Virus record (IMG/VR): IMGVR_UViG_3300048861_000266
Location: 1 to 51,136 of that record
Length of the DNA: 51,136 bases
Source of the DNA: a virus
Lineage: Duplodnaviria > Caudoviricetes
Direction: 5' to 3' (one strand)
Below the pieces are notes generated by a model, which was not told where the DNA came from, made no database searches, and worked only from the letters and a program-made list of their open reading frames with translations. Made by a program: the position numbers and the translations under genes. Positions 9,173 through 16,893 of this stretch are shown piece by piece. Every line of letters begins with the position of its first letter. Position 1 is the stretch's first letter.

Positions 9173-9953
9173 TTTGGGCTCCTTGAATAGCAGCGGCACG
9201 GGCGATTACCATGGCGGAGAAGTCCTTGAAGCCAACTTGGTCGCGCTTGGAACTAAAGATCTTTTGACCTTCGCGACTTATGGTTCGCAGCTCGCTTTCG
9301 GTCTGTGCCCCATCTAACTTTGCGGACCATTCATCCAGCAAGGCGTTGCGGTACGTGCCATCGCCTTCGCCGTCGTTGTCGTCGCCCTTCTCGGAGATGC
9401 CGCACACGGCCTTGAGCGTGTGACGTTCTAGGTAGGTGGTGGTCGAGATGATCGCCTGGATCGTGTTTTTTCCTCCGCTTTCATCAGGCGGCGCATCCAA
9501 GGAAACAGATTTCTCGTGCCCGAGCCGGTGCAGCAGAGTGCAGGTGATGAAGATGCGGCCGGTCTTTTGCTCCGGCGTCCAGCTCCATGAGAATCCGTGG
9601 CGCGAAAGAGCAGGCCCGACCGCCTCGACCACATCGGACAGCTCCGCGTGCTTGTACTGCGTGCGGCCCTTCTGGGTGGCGAAGTCGACCTGCTTGCGCT
9701 TGATGACCTCGACGGCCTCGGCCTTGAATGCGGCGAAGGCTTCGTTAAACGCTTTGCGCGCTTCGTCGGCCTCCCATTCTCGCTGGATCGCCATCATCTC
9801 TTTGATTTGATCCAAAGGGATGCCTTGCTTCACGGCGGCCATCATCATGCCCATGGGCGAGTTGGGGGCCAGCACTGCTATTTGGACGGCGCCAGAATCA
9901 GGCTGTACACCACGCGTCGCAATGGCGCTGTCGAATTCAACGGTATCTGTCAT
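9165..9953 (-). CDS. erf: ERF-family single-strand annealing protein
   Basis: YKHAELSDV...LSRHGF...H..GH...TYLERHTLKAVCGI...DDNDG. Confidence 0.88.
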   Translation of the reverse strand: MTDTVEFDSAIATRGVQPDSGAVQIAVLAPNSPMGMMMAAVKQGIPLDQIKEMMAIQREWEADEARKAFNEAFAAFKAEAVEVIKRKQVDFATQKGRTQYKHAELSDVVEAVGPALSRHGFSWSWTPEQKTGRIFITCTLLHRLGHEKSVSLDAPPDESGGKNTIQAIISTTTYLERHTLKAVCGISEKGDDNDGEGDGTYRNALLDEWSAKLDGAQTESELRTISREGQKIFSSKRDQVGFKDFSAMVIARAAAIQGAQNA

Positions 9954-9960
9954 GGCTGCC

Positions 9961-10941
9961 TCAGTAATGGATCGAGATCGACGGCACTTTGCCTTGGACG
10001 ATCAGCGTGATTGCGGTTTTGGCACATTCTTCGGTTAGCCCGCCTCGTACGAGCGCAGCTAAGGCAGTGCCGTTGATATTTGCGCGATGAGCACGATCGT
10101 TCTCACGATCTCGCTTTTGGCGCGCTTCATCAGCCTCCATGTCGGCTTGGCGCTGTCGCTCAGCTGCCGTCGCGCGATCAGCTCTTGCGTTGGCTTCAGC
10201 GATCGCGTTGGCCGCGTCGGCAAGCTTCTTCGACGCCCGCTGGCGTTCCGCCTCAGAGTCCTCGTCGGCTTGGCGTTTAGCTTCCGCTACAGCTTCACGC
10301 GCGATCCGTGCTTCTCGGTCTATCCGCTCTTGATCGGCGACTCTGGTGCGCAGCGCGGCCAGTTCAATCTGCTCGGCGTCGTACTTTCGCCGAGCGGTGA
10401 GCGCGTCGCTGAGTTTCGTTTCTGCTCGATCCTTGGTTACCTTCGCCTCGTCGGCGAATTCTTCCCAGGATTTCCCCAGTTCAACGCCCTGGACTTCAGC
10501 AAGCCGAATTTCGAGCGCCGCGGCATCTAACGCGTCAATCTCGCTGGACAGCGTCCGAATTCGAACCAATCTCGCGGTATAGCCGTCAAGGCGCGCTTGC
10601 TCCGCCTCCTCCCATTCGGTGAGCGGGAGACGGACTGAGTCGCGCAGCACATCGAGCTCGTCCCGCATGCGCTTGCGCTCGGCATCTACCTTTTTCGGCA
10701 AGCTCTTAAGCTTGTCGACCACATCTTTGCCGATGTCATCCAGCGCGGATTTGACCTTCGTAACTTTGAATGCCATCGAAGCTATCTCGCCGCGGCTTTT
10801 CTTCGTTTTCAGATCGGGCGTGAATGTGGCGACAAGATCGCGCACAGCTTGAAGATACGGCTCCAGGCCCTTTTCTTTGCTGTATACCTCGAGTGCGCTT
10901 TCTGCCTCGGGTAGGGCAATGAGGTCGGTTACCTCGGACAT
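9961..10941 (-). CDS. Coiled-coil phage protein
   Basis: PDLKTKKSRGEIAS...PLTEWE motifs; Glu/Ala/Arg-rich; GGAG SD. Confidence 0.8.
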   Translation of the reverse strand: MSEVTDLIALPEAESALEVYSKEKGLEPYLQAVRDLVATFTPDLKTKKSRGEIASMAFKVTKVKSALDDIGKDVVDKLKSLPKKVDAERKRMRDELDVLRDSVRLPLTEWEEAEQARLDGYTARLVRIRTLSSEIDALDAAALEIRLAEVQGVELGKSWEEFADEAKVTKDRAETKLSDALTARRKYDAEQIELAALRTRVADQERIDREARIAREAVAEAKRQADEDSEAERQRASKKLADAANAIAEANARADRATAAERQRQADMEADEARQKRDRENDRAHRANINGTALAALVRGGLTEECAKTAITLIVQGKVPSISIHY

Positions 10942-10953
10942 GTCGTTCTCCGG

Positions 10954-11094
10954 TTACCGCGACGCGCTAGCGCTGCGGTGGTAGTTGGCCTGTTCGGCCA
11001 TGCGGTCAAGCGTGGGCGCCAGGACGGCGAGGATCAGAAAGAGGGCGGCTGCGCAGAGCAGGCCTTCGCGGTGTGTTTTCAGAAAGCTGCGCAT
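10954..11094 (-). CDS. 46-aa membrane peptide
   Basis: MRSFLKTHREGLLCAAALFLILAVLAPTLDR...; overlaps the upstream gene. Confidence 0.55.
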   Translation of the reverse strand: MRSFLKTHREGLLCAAALFLILAVLAPTLDRMAEQANYHRSASASR

Positions 11095-11441
11095 GCTTCA
11101 CCCGTTGCTTTGCCAATAGCGGCGCGAGCCTTTGCGTGTGCCGCCTCGAACCGTGGAATGCTGTCGCCGAACATCATCAACCCTCCGTCGACGAGATCCC
11201 ATGCATGGGTGTAAACGGCGCTCAGATCGTTCAGCGCCTCAAGCAGATCAGGGGCCGCGGCGAGCAGGAGCGCATCGGGGCCTTCGGCGCCACCGTTGGG
11301 GAGAACGACATCGGCGTGACCATCGGATTGCACAGTCCCATGCAGCACGTCGCCGTCTCGACGTGTGGCCTGGCTGGACAGCCGACGGAAGCTATTGGAG
11401 GTCCACCACGCCCAGGGCCCAGGCGTATGCTTGAATGTCAT
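11079..11441 (-). CDS. Hypothetical phage protein (HTPGPW...AAAPDLLEAL family)
   Basis: Motif pair common in phage early genes. Confidence 0.75.
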   Translation of the reverse strand: MTFKHTPGPWAWWTSNSFRRLSSQATRRDGDVLHGTVQSDGHADVVLPNGGAEGPDALLLAAAPDLLEALNDLSAVYTHAWDLVDGGLMMFGDSIPRFEAAHAKARAAIGKATGEACAAF

Positions 11442-11623
11442 GTCAATTTCCTTTGGGCCGCTTCGAGCGCGGCGCGCGCAGCCCGCAGATCTAGCGCCGC
11501 CTGGGCGTAGTCTGCGTAGTTGCGCGAGGTGAGGGGAGAGTGCATGCCGGATTCGGCTTGCTGATACTGCGCGAGGGCGGCTTGGTATCGGTCAATCGCG
11601 GCGTCTAGCGCAAGGGCGCGCAT
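11438..11623 (-). CDS. Hypothetical protein
   Basis: ATGA overlap with the downstream gene. Confidence 0.55.
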   Translation of the reverse strand: MRALALDAAIDRYQAALAQYQQAESGMHSPLTSRNYADYAQAALDLRAARAALEAAQRKLT

Positions 11624-11694
11624 ATCAGGAATGCACCTAGCAAGAACATCGCCGCGATGATCGCGCCCTGCGTGGCTTCTTCGACTTTTGTCAT
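11605..11694 (-). CDS. 29-aa hydrophobic peptide
   Basis: MTKVEEATQGAIIAAMFLLGAFLICAPLR fills the gap between genes. Confidence 0.4.
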   Translation of the reverse strand: MTKVEEATQGAIIAAMFLLGAFLICAPLR

Positions 11695-11702
11695 GGTGTT
11701 GC

Positions 11703-12074
11703 TCAGCAGCTCCAGTCGGGAAAAGTGAGCCTCACAAGCTGCTGCGCCTGGAAGCTCGCTAAGGTCCGGATTGCCTGCGAAACCGCAAGGGATTCCGCTA
11801 GACCGAGCCGCCCGCCGTGCGCCTCGATGAGCAACTCGCCGATCGAATCGTATTTGCCGCACTCGCCGGTCATGGCGCAAAGGCGCGCGGCCGCATCTGT
11901 CGATTGGCCGGACAGCTGTTCTGTTAGGCATAGCTCGAAGGTGTCGATGTGGGCAGTGATGTACGACACCTGTCGCGGATACTCTCGGTCGTAGATGTCG
12001 CGCGCGGGATCCTGCCGAAAGCCCGTAAGCGATTCGGCGCGCGATCGCGTGAGATCGGCACGGATGGCAGGCAT
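11703..12074 (-). CDS. Hypothetical protein
   Basis: AAGGA SD before ATG. Confidence 0.6.
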   Translation of the reverse strand: MPAIRADLTRSRAESLTGFRQDPARDIYDREYPRQVSYITAHIDTFELCLTEQLSGQSTDAAARLCAMTGECGKYDSIGELLIEAHGGRLGLAESLAVSQAIRTLASFQAQQLVRLTFPDWSC

Positions 12075-12106
12075 TAGAATTTCCTTTGATGCTGCCCGGG
12101 AGGTGG

Positions 12107-12176
12107 GCGAGATAGATTCGTGCCGGTTACGGATCCGGCGTCAGTTGGCAGCTGACCGTCTCAAGAACCTATCCGC
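12107..12176 (-). ncRNA. D-armless tRNA-like structure with CUGCCAA loop
   Basis: Closing stem GATAGGTTC/GAATCTATC; GTCAG-CTGCCAA-CTGAC arm; GCCGG-ATCCGTAA-CCGGC arm. Confidence 0.5.
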
Positions 12177-12313
12177 AGCGTGCCAAGCCCATACTTAAAA
12201 GGTCGCGGAGCCCAGGTCTTTATCTCTCGTCGGGCTGCGAGTCGCAGGGCACCCGGGTTGGTTGCGAGGCGCGGATCTGCAATTTCGGCGAGGGCGCCGC
12301 ACTTGGCACGCGC

Positions 12314-12484
12314 TCATCTCTTCAATTTCTCGGCGATCATCGCATCGGCTATCTGGTAGGCCCGCTGCGCAATTTTCTCGGGACGGCCCTCGACGGCCGC
12401 AAATGGATGGGACAATGCATACGCTGCAAACTGGTCGCGCAGGTCGGTGTAAAACGAGGCTTCGCGTTTCTGTTCATCTGCCAT
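12314..12484 (-). CDS. 56-aa phage protein (LRDQFA...AYQIADAM family)
   Basis: TAAGGAG SD; recurring phage motif; too short for the ORF track. Confidence 0.8.
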   Translation of the reverse strand: MADEQKREASFYTDLRDQFAAYALSHPFAAVEGRPEKIAQRAYQIADAMIAEKLKR

Positions 12485-12545
12485 CGAAACTCCTTATTAG
12501 GCGAGGGCGCCGACCTTGCCCGGCTCAGTGGGAAGTCGGCGTTGA

Positions 12546-12612
12546 TCCCTCAGCGATAGCCCCTCTGCCCAGGCTTGCCGGCCGTATAGGGCAGAAGGGC
12601 TATCGCTGAGGG
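12546..12612. repeat. Long inverted repeat hairpin
   Basis: CCCTCAGCGATAGCCC / GGGCTATCGCTGAGGG 16-bp perfect arms plus an inner stem. Confidence 0.8.
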
Positions 12613-12636
12613 CACCGCGCGGGGCGGTGCGGGAGA

Positions 12637-13248
12637 TCACGCCATTGGCATCAGGTAGCCGCGCCCGCCCTCAAATTCAAAACGGGCGGCCGCCGTTGGA
12701 TCTCGGCCGACGAAAAGGACGGCTTCCGGCAATAACTTCAGGAGAGCCAAATATCGTTGTTGGAATTTGGAGCCGTGCACCTCTTGAGAACCGCTCCCAG
12801 TGCCGGTGGCGTTGCACTCGAAGCAGCCGGTAGCGCCCTCTGCGTCCTGTTTTCCGGCTTCGTTCAGGTGGCCGTCACCGTCGCATTCTTTGCAGGTATA
12901 GCTCCACCTGCCGCGGGAGAAATCGCCTTCTCCTGAGCATTCGCCGCAGCGCTCTTTGATGACAAATCCCGAGCCGCGACATTCGTAGCAGACATTTTTC
13001 GGGAGGTCGATCGAGGCTAGAGGAACCGTTGTCGCTTCCTGAATATCGATCGCGGCGATCTTGGCGAACCTCCCGGCCATTTTTTCAGAGGGTTTGTTTG
13101 CAATATTGCCTGCGAGAGGCCGATCCACCGCGATTACGAGATGCCCATTTGTGGCAATCGTCATTCCGTTTTCGATCCAGGGACGCCGTAAGTATTCACG
13201 GTGGTCCCCATCGGTCGCGCAGAAGCGCGTGATGAGCTTTTCGAGCAT
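12637..13248 (-). CDS. Protein with DnaJ-type CxxCxGxG zinc finger
   Basis: CYECRGSG, CGECSGEG, CKECDGDG, CFECNATG; AAGGA SD. Confidence 0.8.
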   Translation of the reverse strand: MLEKLITRFCATDGDHREYLRRPWIENGMTIATNGHLVIAVDRPLAGNIANKPSEKMAGRFAKIAAIDIQEATTVPLASIDLPKNVCYECRGSGFVIKERCGECSGEGDFSRGRWSYTCKECDGDGHLNEAGKQDAEGATGCFECNATGTGSGSQEVHGSKFQQRYLALLKLLPEAVLFVGRDPTAAARFEFEGGRGYLMPMA

Positions 13249-13401
13249 GGCAATCCTTGGGATAAGTGAAGGGGTGGCCGGTGCTGATCTCCGGCGTGCT
13301 AATCGGTGGCAGCGTTTCAGCTTCACCCAGGGTGTGTTTCTCCCGTCGGTATGCCGATTTCGCGTCAATTTCCACATAGCGCATCAGCCTGCGCATTCAC
13401 C

Positions 13402-13545
13402 CTCATAGAAGCGGGCCGGGCTTGATACCGGCTCCCGCGCCCAGCCTGCCAGCGACTGGCGCCGGCGCATCGGTCTGCTTGCCGAAGCAATAACAGGCGG
13501 GTCTACTCCGTCTAGCGTGTCCATCCACGCCGCCGCTTCTATGAG
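13402..13545 (-). ncRNA. tRNA-like RNA with acceptor, D and T arms and a large insert
   Basis: 13-bp closing stem, GCGT-GGATGGAC-ACGC, GCCGG-TATCAAGC-CCGGC, internal cUUCGg hairpin. Confidence 0.6.
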
Positions 13546-13794
13546 AGGGCTCCGTATCGTGGAGCCAGGCGTTCAAGTCACGCAGGTACTGCTGGAGGAC
13601 GGGAGTGAACCCTGTTGCGCCCTGAATGCCGGTGATAATTGCTACGCACTCGACCGGCTTATGCGTCCGCCCCGCTCCCAAAGGAACCGTGCGGCTCGGC
13701 GTTGAATCTCGGCAGTTGCGCGTGCCAGGCGTCGATCCCACCGCAGCATCACAGGGCTGCTAGCGTTCTGGTATATCTGGCGGTGGGGAGTGAT

Positions 13795-13932
13795 CTAACT
13801 GAAGTGACGCGCCGTTCCCAGCACCGCCATGACAAGTCCGAGGATGCCAATCCAGTAGCGAGCCTTGGTGACGCTCGGCAGGCAGACGCCGACAATGCAC
13901 CCGCCCACGATCTGCAGAAATTGATCCGTCAT
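13795..13932 (-). CDS. 45-aa membrane protein with two hydrophobic segments
   Basis: MTDQFLQIVGGCIVGVCLPSVTKARYWIGILGLVMAVLG...; ATGA overlap with upstream gene. Confidence 0.6.
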   Translation of the reverse strand: MTDQFLQIVGGCIVGVCLPSVTKARYWIGILGLVMAVLGTARHFS

Positions 13933-14363
13933 GTCGCACCCTTGGCGAGTGGGGCGGCGTAATCGATGAGGAATATCTTCGGGGCGATCAGGATTTTCAG
14001 CCAGTTAAAGCTATTCAACAACATTGCGGTCAACAGAGCGCCGCCCAGCAGCGTTCCAACCCCAAGCCAGAGAGAGATCCAGAAACCGCCGCTGTCAGAG
14101 TGGTAGTGAATCGAATTCGTAGGCTTTGCGTCTTGCTCTCGCATCGCCGCAGCGACCTGTGCGCCGCGCTTGAAAAGCGCGATCGCCCCGAATATCACAG
14201 CGATCGTGAGAGCTAGATGGATTAGCGAATGAATCGCCTTCCACATCAACAGCTGACGTATCACTTCGGGCAGCTCGCCTTGAAGGAAGGCCACGCCGCC
14301 TTGTGCCGCGTTGGATGCCTTGCCGAGAATTTCGGCCAAGGCCGCTTGCAATTGTTCGTTCAT
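13929..14363 (-). CDS. Phage membrane protein
   Basis: MNEQLQAAL...ELPEVIRQLLMWK...WLKILIAPK; two TM segments; GGAG SD. Confidence 0.8.
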   Translation of the reverse strand: MNEQLQAALAEILGKASNAAQGGVAFLQGELPEVIRQLLMWKAIHSLIHLALTIAVIFGAIALFKRGAQVAAAMREQDAKPTNSIHYHSDSGGFWISLWLGVGTLLGGALLTAMLLNSFNWLKILIAPKIFLIDYAAPLAKGAT

Positions 14364-14984
14364 GCTTTCTCCGTATTCCATCTGGGTGCGCTCTCGGCGA
14401 AAACGCACTCAGATGAATCTGGGGCGAGGGATCCGGACCACACCTGCTCATCGCAGCTTCCGGCTTACCTCTACCCATCAACCCATCGAGCGTTCTATAG
14501 CGGCCACTTGCCGCCAGGCGCTGTCTGGGTAGTCGTTGGTCTTCTATGCAGGGGTAACGAGTTGAGCCCTGTGCCAACGTGCCTTGCGGCCGTTGGCATA
14601 TTTATCTCTTACGGTGCAGCCCCATAGTCAGGCGGGCTAGCGATGGAACAACAGGAAACTCAGGGGAGGGCGCATCGGCTCTGCTATTCTTTCCACGCTG
14701 GCGCTAACGACGCCGGCTGCGGCCTGTTAAGCCGCTAAAGGTGATGCGGTGGATTTGGCAGCGAACGCCTGGCGGGGTCGCATACCCGGCCCGGATGGGC
14801 CAAACAGTGAAACGACGGTGAACACTGCTAAATCCAACGTTCAGCCGACGTGTGCGCAAGAGAAATCCTTTTGCGCACACGGCGAGGAGCATCCTAGGTA
14901 GCAACTCGCTAGCGCCAGCCAGGGCGCGAACACAAGTACAACAGGTCAACACCTGTACCGGTACGGGTCTTCCTTGGATCAACC

Positions 14985-15083
14985 ATGAAGATTTCCGTAA
15001 AAGAGGTGAGTGTTGAGTTCAGCGTCGCGGAGCTAATTGCTTTGGCCATCGCGATTCTGAAGTTGTGCTCGATGCTTCCCTAG
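14985..15083 (+). CDS. 32-aa hydrophobic peptide, type I toxin-like
   Basis: MKISVKEVSVEFSVAELIALAIAILKLCSMLP; hairpins up- and downstream. Confidence 0.5.
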   Translation: MKISVKEVSVEFSVAELIALAIAILKLCSMLP

Positions 15084-15151
15084 GTAAAGCGGGGCGGTTT
15101 CGGCCGTCCCGCCGCTCCTAAAGCCGCGCGTCCTCTCCTGAATTCCCTGAT

Positions 15152-15163
15152 TGTTAAAGAGCG
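15152..15163 (-). promoter_or_regulatory. boxA antitermination element (nutL-like)
   Basis: CGCTCTTTAACA about 110 nt downstream of the predicted pL start. Confidence 0.8.
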
Positions 15164-15279
15164 ATCCGGCACCGCCGGGTACTGCTGTATTCGTCGCTCC
15201 CGGCCCTACTGGGCTGCCTGTGGCTAGGCCGATCTGGCCGGGTGGCTGGCGCATCGGTGTTTCGTGATGCGATGAATGA

Positions 15280-15321
15280 ATATTAGTCCGACTGCTAGTA
15301 GCGGTCAACAGTCGGACTAAT
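15280..15321 (-). promoter_or_regulatory. pL promoter with two operators (OL)
   Basis: TTGACC-17-TAATAT on the minus strand; operators ATTAGTCCGACTGCT (15282-15296) and AACAGTCGGACTAAT (15307-15321). Confidence 0.85.
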
Positions 15322-15412
15322 AATAATTGTAACGACGGAGATTAGATGCGAGACTTCCATAGAGCCGCGCTTGGCGGCATCATGAATGCCTGTGACGAGT
15401 CAGGAGGGCAGC

Positions 15413-15655
15413 ATGGACAAAGCAGAGATTCTCGCGCTGATGATTTCAGCGGAGACGCGGGTAGATAGCGATTGGGATGCGCTGCTGTGCGTGTACGCGG
15501 ATCGGCTGGCCCGCATCGCACCCAAGCTTACCGATGATGAGCTTTACCCGCTGTTGGCGGTGGGCAGTGCCGTCTACCGGCGTTGGTGCCAGCAAACGGA
15601 CGCGGAAAAGGCTGCCGCTGATGTGCTCCTGAAGATCAAAGCATCGGGAGGCTAG
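15413..15655 (+). CDS. Hypothetical protein
   Basis: AGGAGG SD; ends at a terminator. Confidence 0.7.
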   Translation: MDKAEILALMISAETRVDSDWDALLCVYADRLARIAPKLTDDELYPLLAVGSAVYRRWCQQTDAEKAAADVLLKIKASGG

Positions 15656-15664
15656 ACGGCAAAC

Positions 15665-15688
15665 AAAAAACCGCCTCAAAGGCGGTTT
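15665..15688 (-). terminator. Intrinsic terminator (possibly bidirectional)
   Basis: AAAAAA-CCGCCT-caa-AGGCGG-TTT between convergent genes. Confidence 0.8.
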
Positions 15689-15707
15689 GATGGAAGCATT
15701 AATGTGT

Positions 15708-16043
15708 CTATTTGACGTGAGTAGCGACGAAGTAAACCGCAGCAACTAGGCCAGCACTCAGGCCGGTCACCCAGCCAATGATCTTCCATGTCTGTGACCC
15801 GAGTTCCTTATGAAGATCTTCCCGCGAAGCGTAGTTCGAGCGAACGACTGCCACGTCTGTCCGTAGCAGGCTCATCGAATCCTCGAGGGCTTTCACTCTT
15901 GCTTCCATAGCGCCATTGTCGCCCCCTCCTGTCGGCGGGTCAACAGGCGGCGGACCTGACCCGATCCTATCTTCAGAGGCAATGTCAGATACTGGGACTG
16001 TAAATCCGAAGCCCTTAATGACGGTCAGACTAGGCTTGGCCAT
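15708..16043 (-). CDS. Coiled-coil protein with C-terminal TM (XhlA/DUF1640-like)
   Basis: MEARVKALED...NYASREDL...TWKIIGWVTGL; start could be 16043 or 15908. Confidence 0.7.
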   Translation of the reverse strand: MAKPSLTVIKGFGFTVPVSDIASEDRIGSGPPPVDPPTGGGDNGAMEARVKALEDSMSLLRTDVAVVRSNYASREDLHKELGSQTWKIIGWVTGLSAGLVAAVYFVATHVK

Positions 16044-16359
16044 CGACCGCTCCAATGCCGCGTTTCCAGTCTCCAATCACTCTTCGGGCCATCATCTTGG
16101 TGTTCCCACAATGGTTACAAATCATTAACCAAACCGGCACAACTCTGGGAGCCGCCGGATTAGAGGCAGTGAGAGACCTAGAGCCGAGGGCAGGAATCTC
16201 GCCAGGGCCAATTTCCCACAGAGCCACCCAGGTTTCGGTGCCGCACAACTCGCACTTTGCCGTAGGCATTCGTTGTGCGATGAATTTTTCTAGATCAGCT
16301 TGGCCTATGGGCTCTCTGATGCTCTGTACATCGTCGTCAGAATCGTTGCCGATCGTCAT
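16030..16359 (-). CDS. Zinc-ribbon protein
   Basis: CELCG...W and CNHCG motifs. Confidence 0.7.
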   Translation of the reverse strand: MTIGNDSDDDVQSIREPIGQADLEKFIAQRMPTAKCELCGTETWVALWEIGPGEIPALGSRSLTASNPAAPRVVPVWLMICNHCGNTKMMARRVIGDWKRGIGAVDGQA

Positions 16360-16442
16360 CGTCGAGATTTCCTATTAAGCGGGGAGAAACGCTTCTAAGT
16401 CTGAAGGGCGGCGTTCGTCCGAAGGCCGGGGACGGCCGTGCA

Positions 16443-16814
16443 TCACAGCCCGTGCTCCTTGCACATCTGAGTGACCACGTTAAGGTCCGATACGGGGATC
16501 TCGAGACCGGCGACGGCCATCGCCGTGAATGCTTTGCCTTTCGGGAAAAGCAGCCCCATAACAGGCCGGAATCCGCCATAGCCGCCGTAGGCATTTTTCG
16601 CATTGGCTTCGCCGCACCAAGTCAAAGACTGTTCTTTTTCCGTCTTGTTGACCTTCATGCCGCCCACCTGAACGCTGGATGGGTCTCTAGCGTTTTCCTT
16701 CAATTTCAGAATCGCGGCATTCTCCGCTGCGGATGTTGCTCTGGGAGCGGCAGAGGCGATGGAAAGCTGCCCCATCAAAACCAGCGTGGCGCCGAGCAAA
16801 TGGGTTGTCTTCAT
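16443..16814 (-). CDS. Secreted/periplasmic protein
   Basis: Signal peptide ending ASA; DPSSV...CGEANAKNAYGGYGGF motif. Confidence 0.75.
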   Translation of the reverse strand: MKTTHLLGATLVLMGQLSIASAAPRATSAAENAAILKLKENARDPSSVQVGGMKVNKTEKEQSLTWCGEANAKNAYGGYGGFRPVMGLLFPKGKAFTAMAVAGLEIPVSDLNVVTQMCKEHGL

Positions 16815-16893
16815 GATTCTTCTTCTGATGAGATTCGGATTCGAACAGGCGGACTGCACCCACTCCATGCCGTCATACGCGCTAGGCCGGCAG

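Noticed and set aside
13196-13741. ORFs 13196-13396 and 13403-13741
   Set aside because: No recognisable motifs; 13403-13741 overlaps stronger RNA-structure signals and 13196-13396 overlaps the zinc-finger gene start.
14419-14626. tmRNA, suggested by the GGGGCTG start
   Set aside because: Too short; no T-arm/CCA end or tag reading frame.
14704-15308. ORFs 14704-14982 and 15033-15308 as N antiterminator
   Set aside because: One starts upstream of the predicted pL start; neither has an SD or an N-terminal Arg-rich motif.
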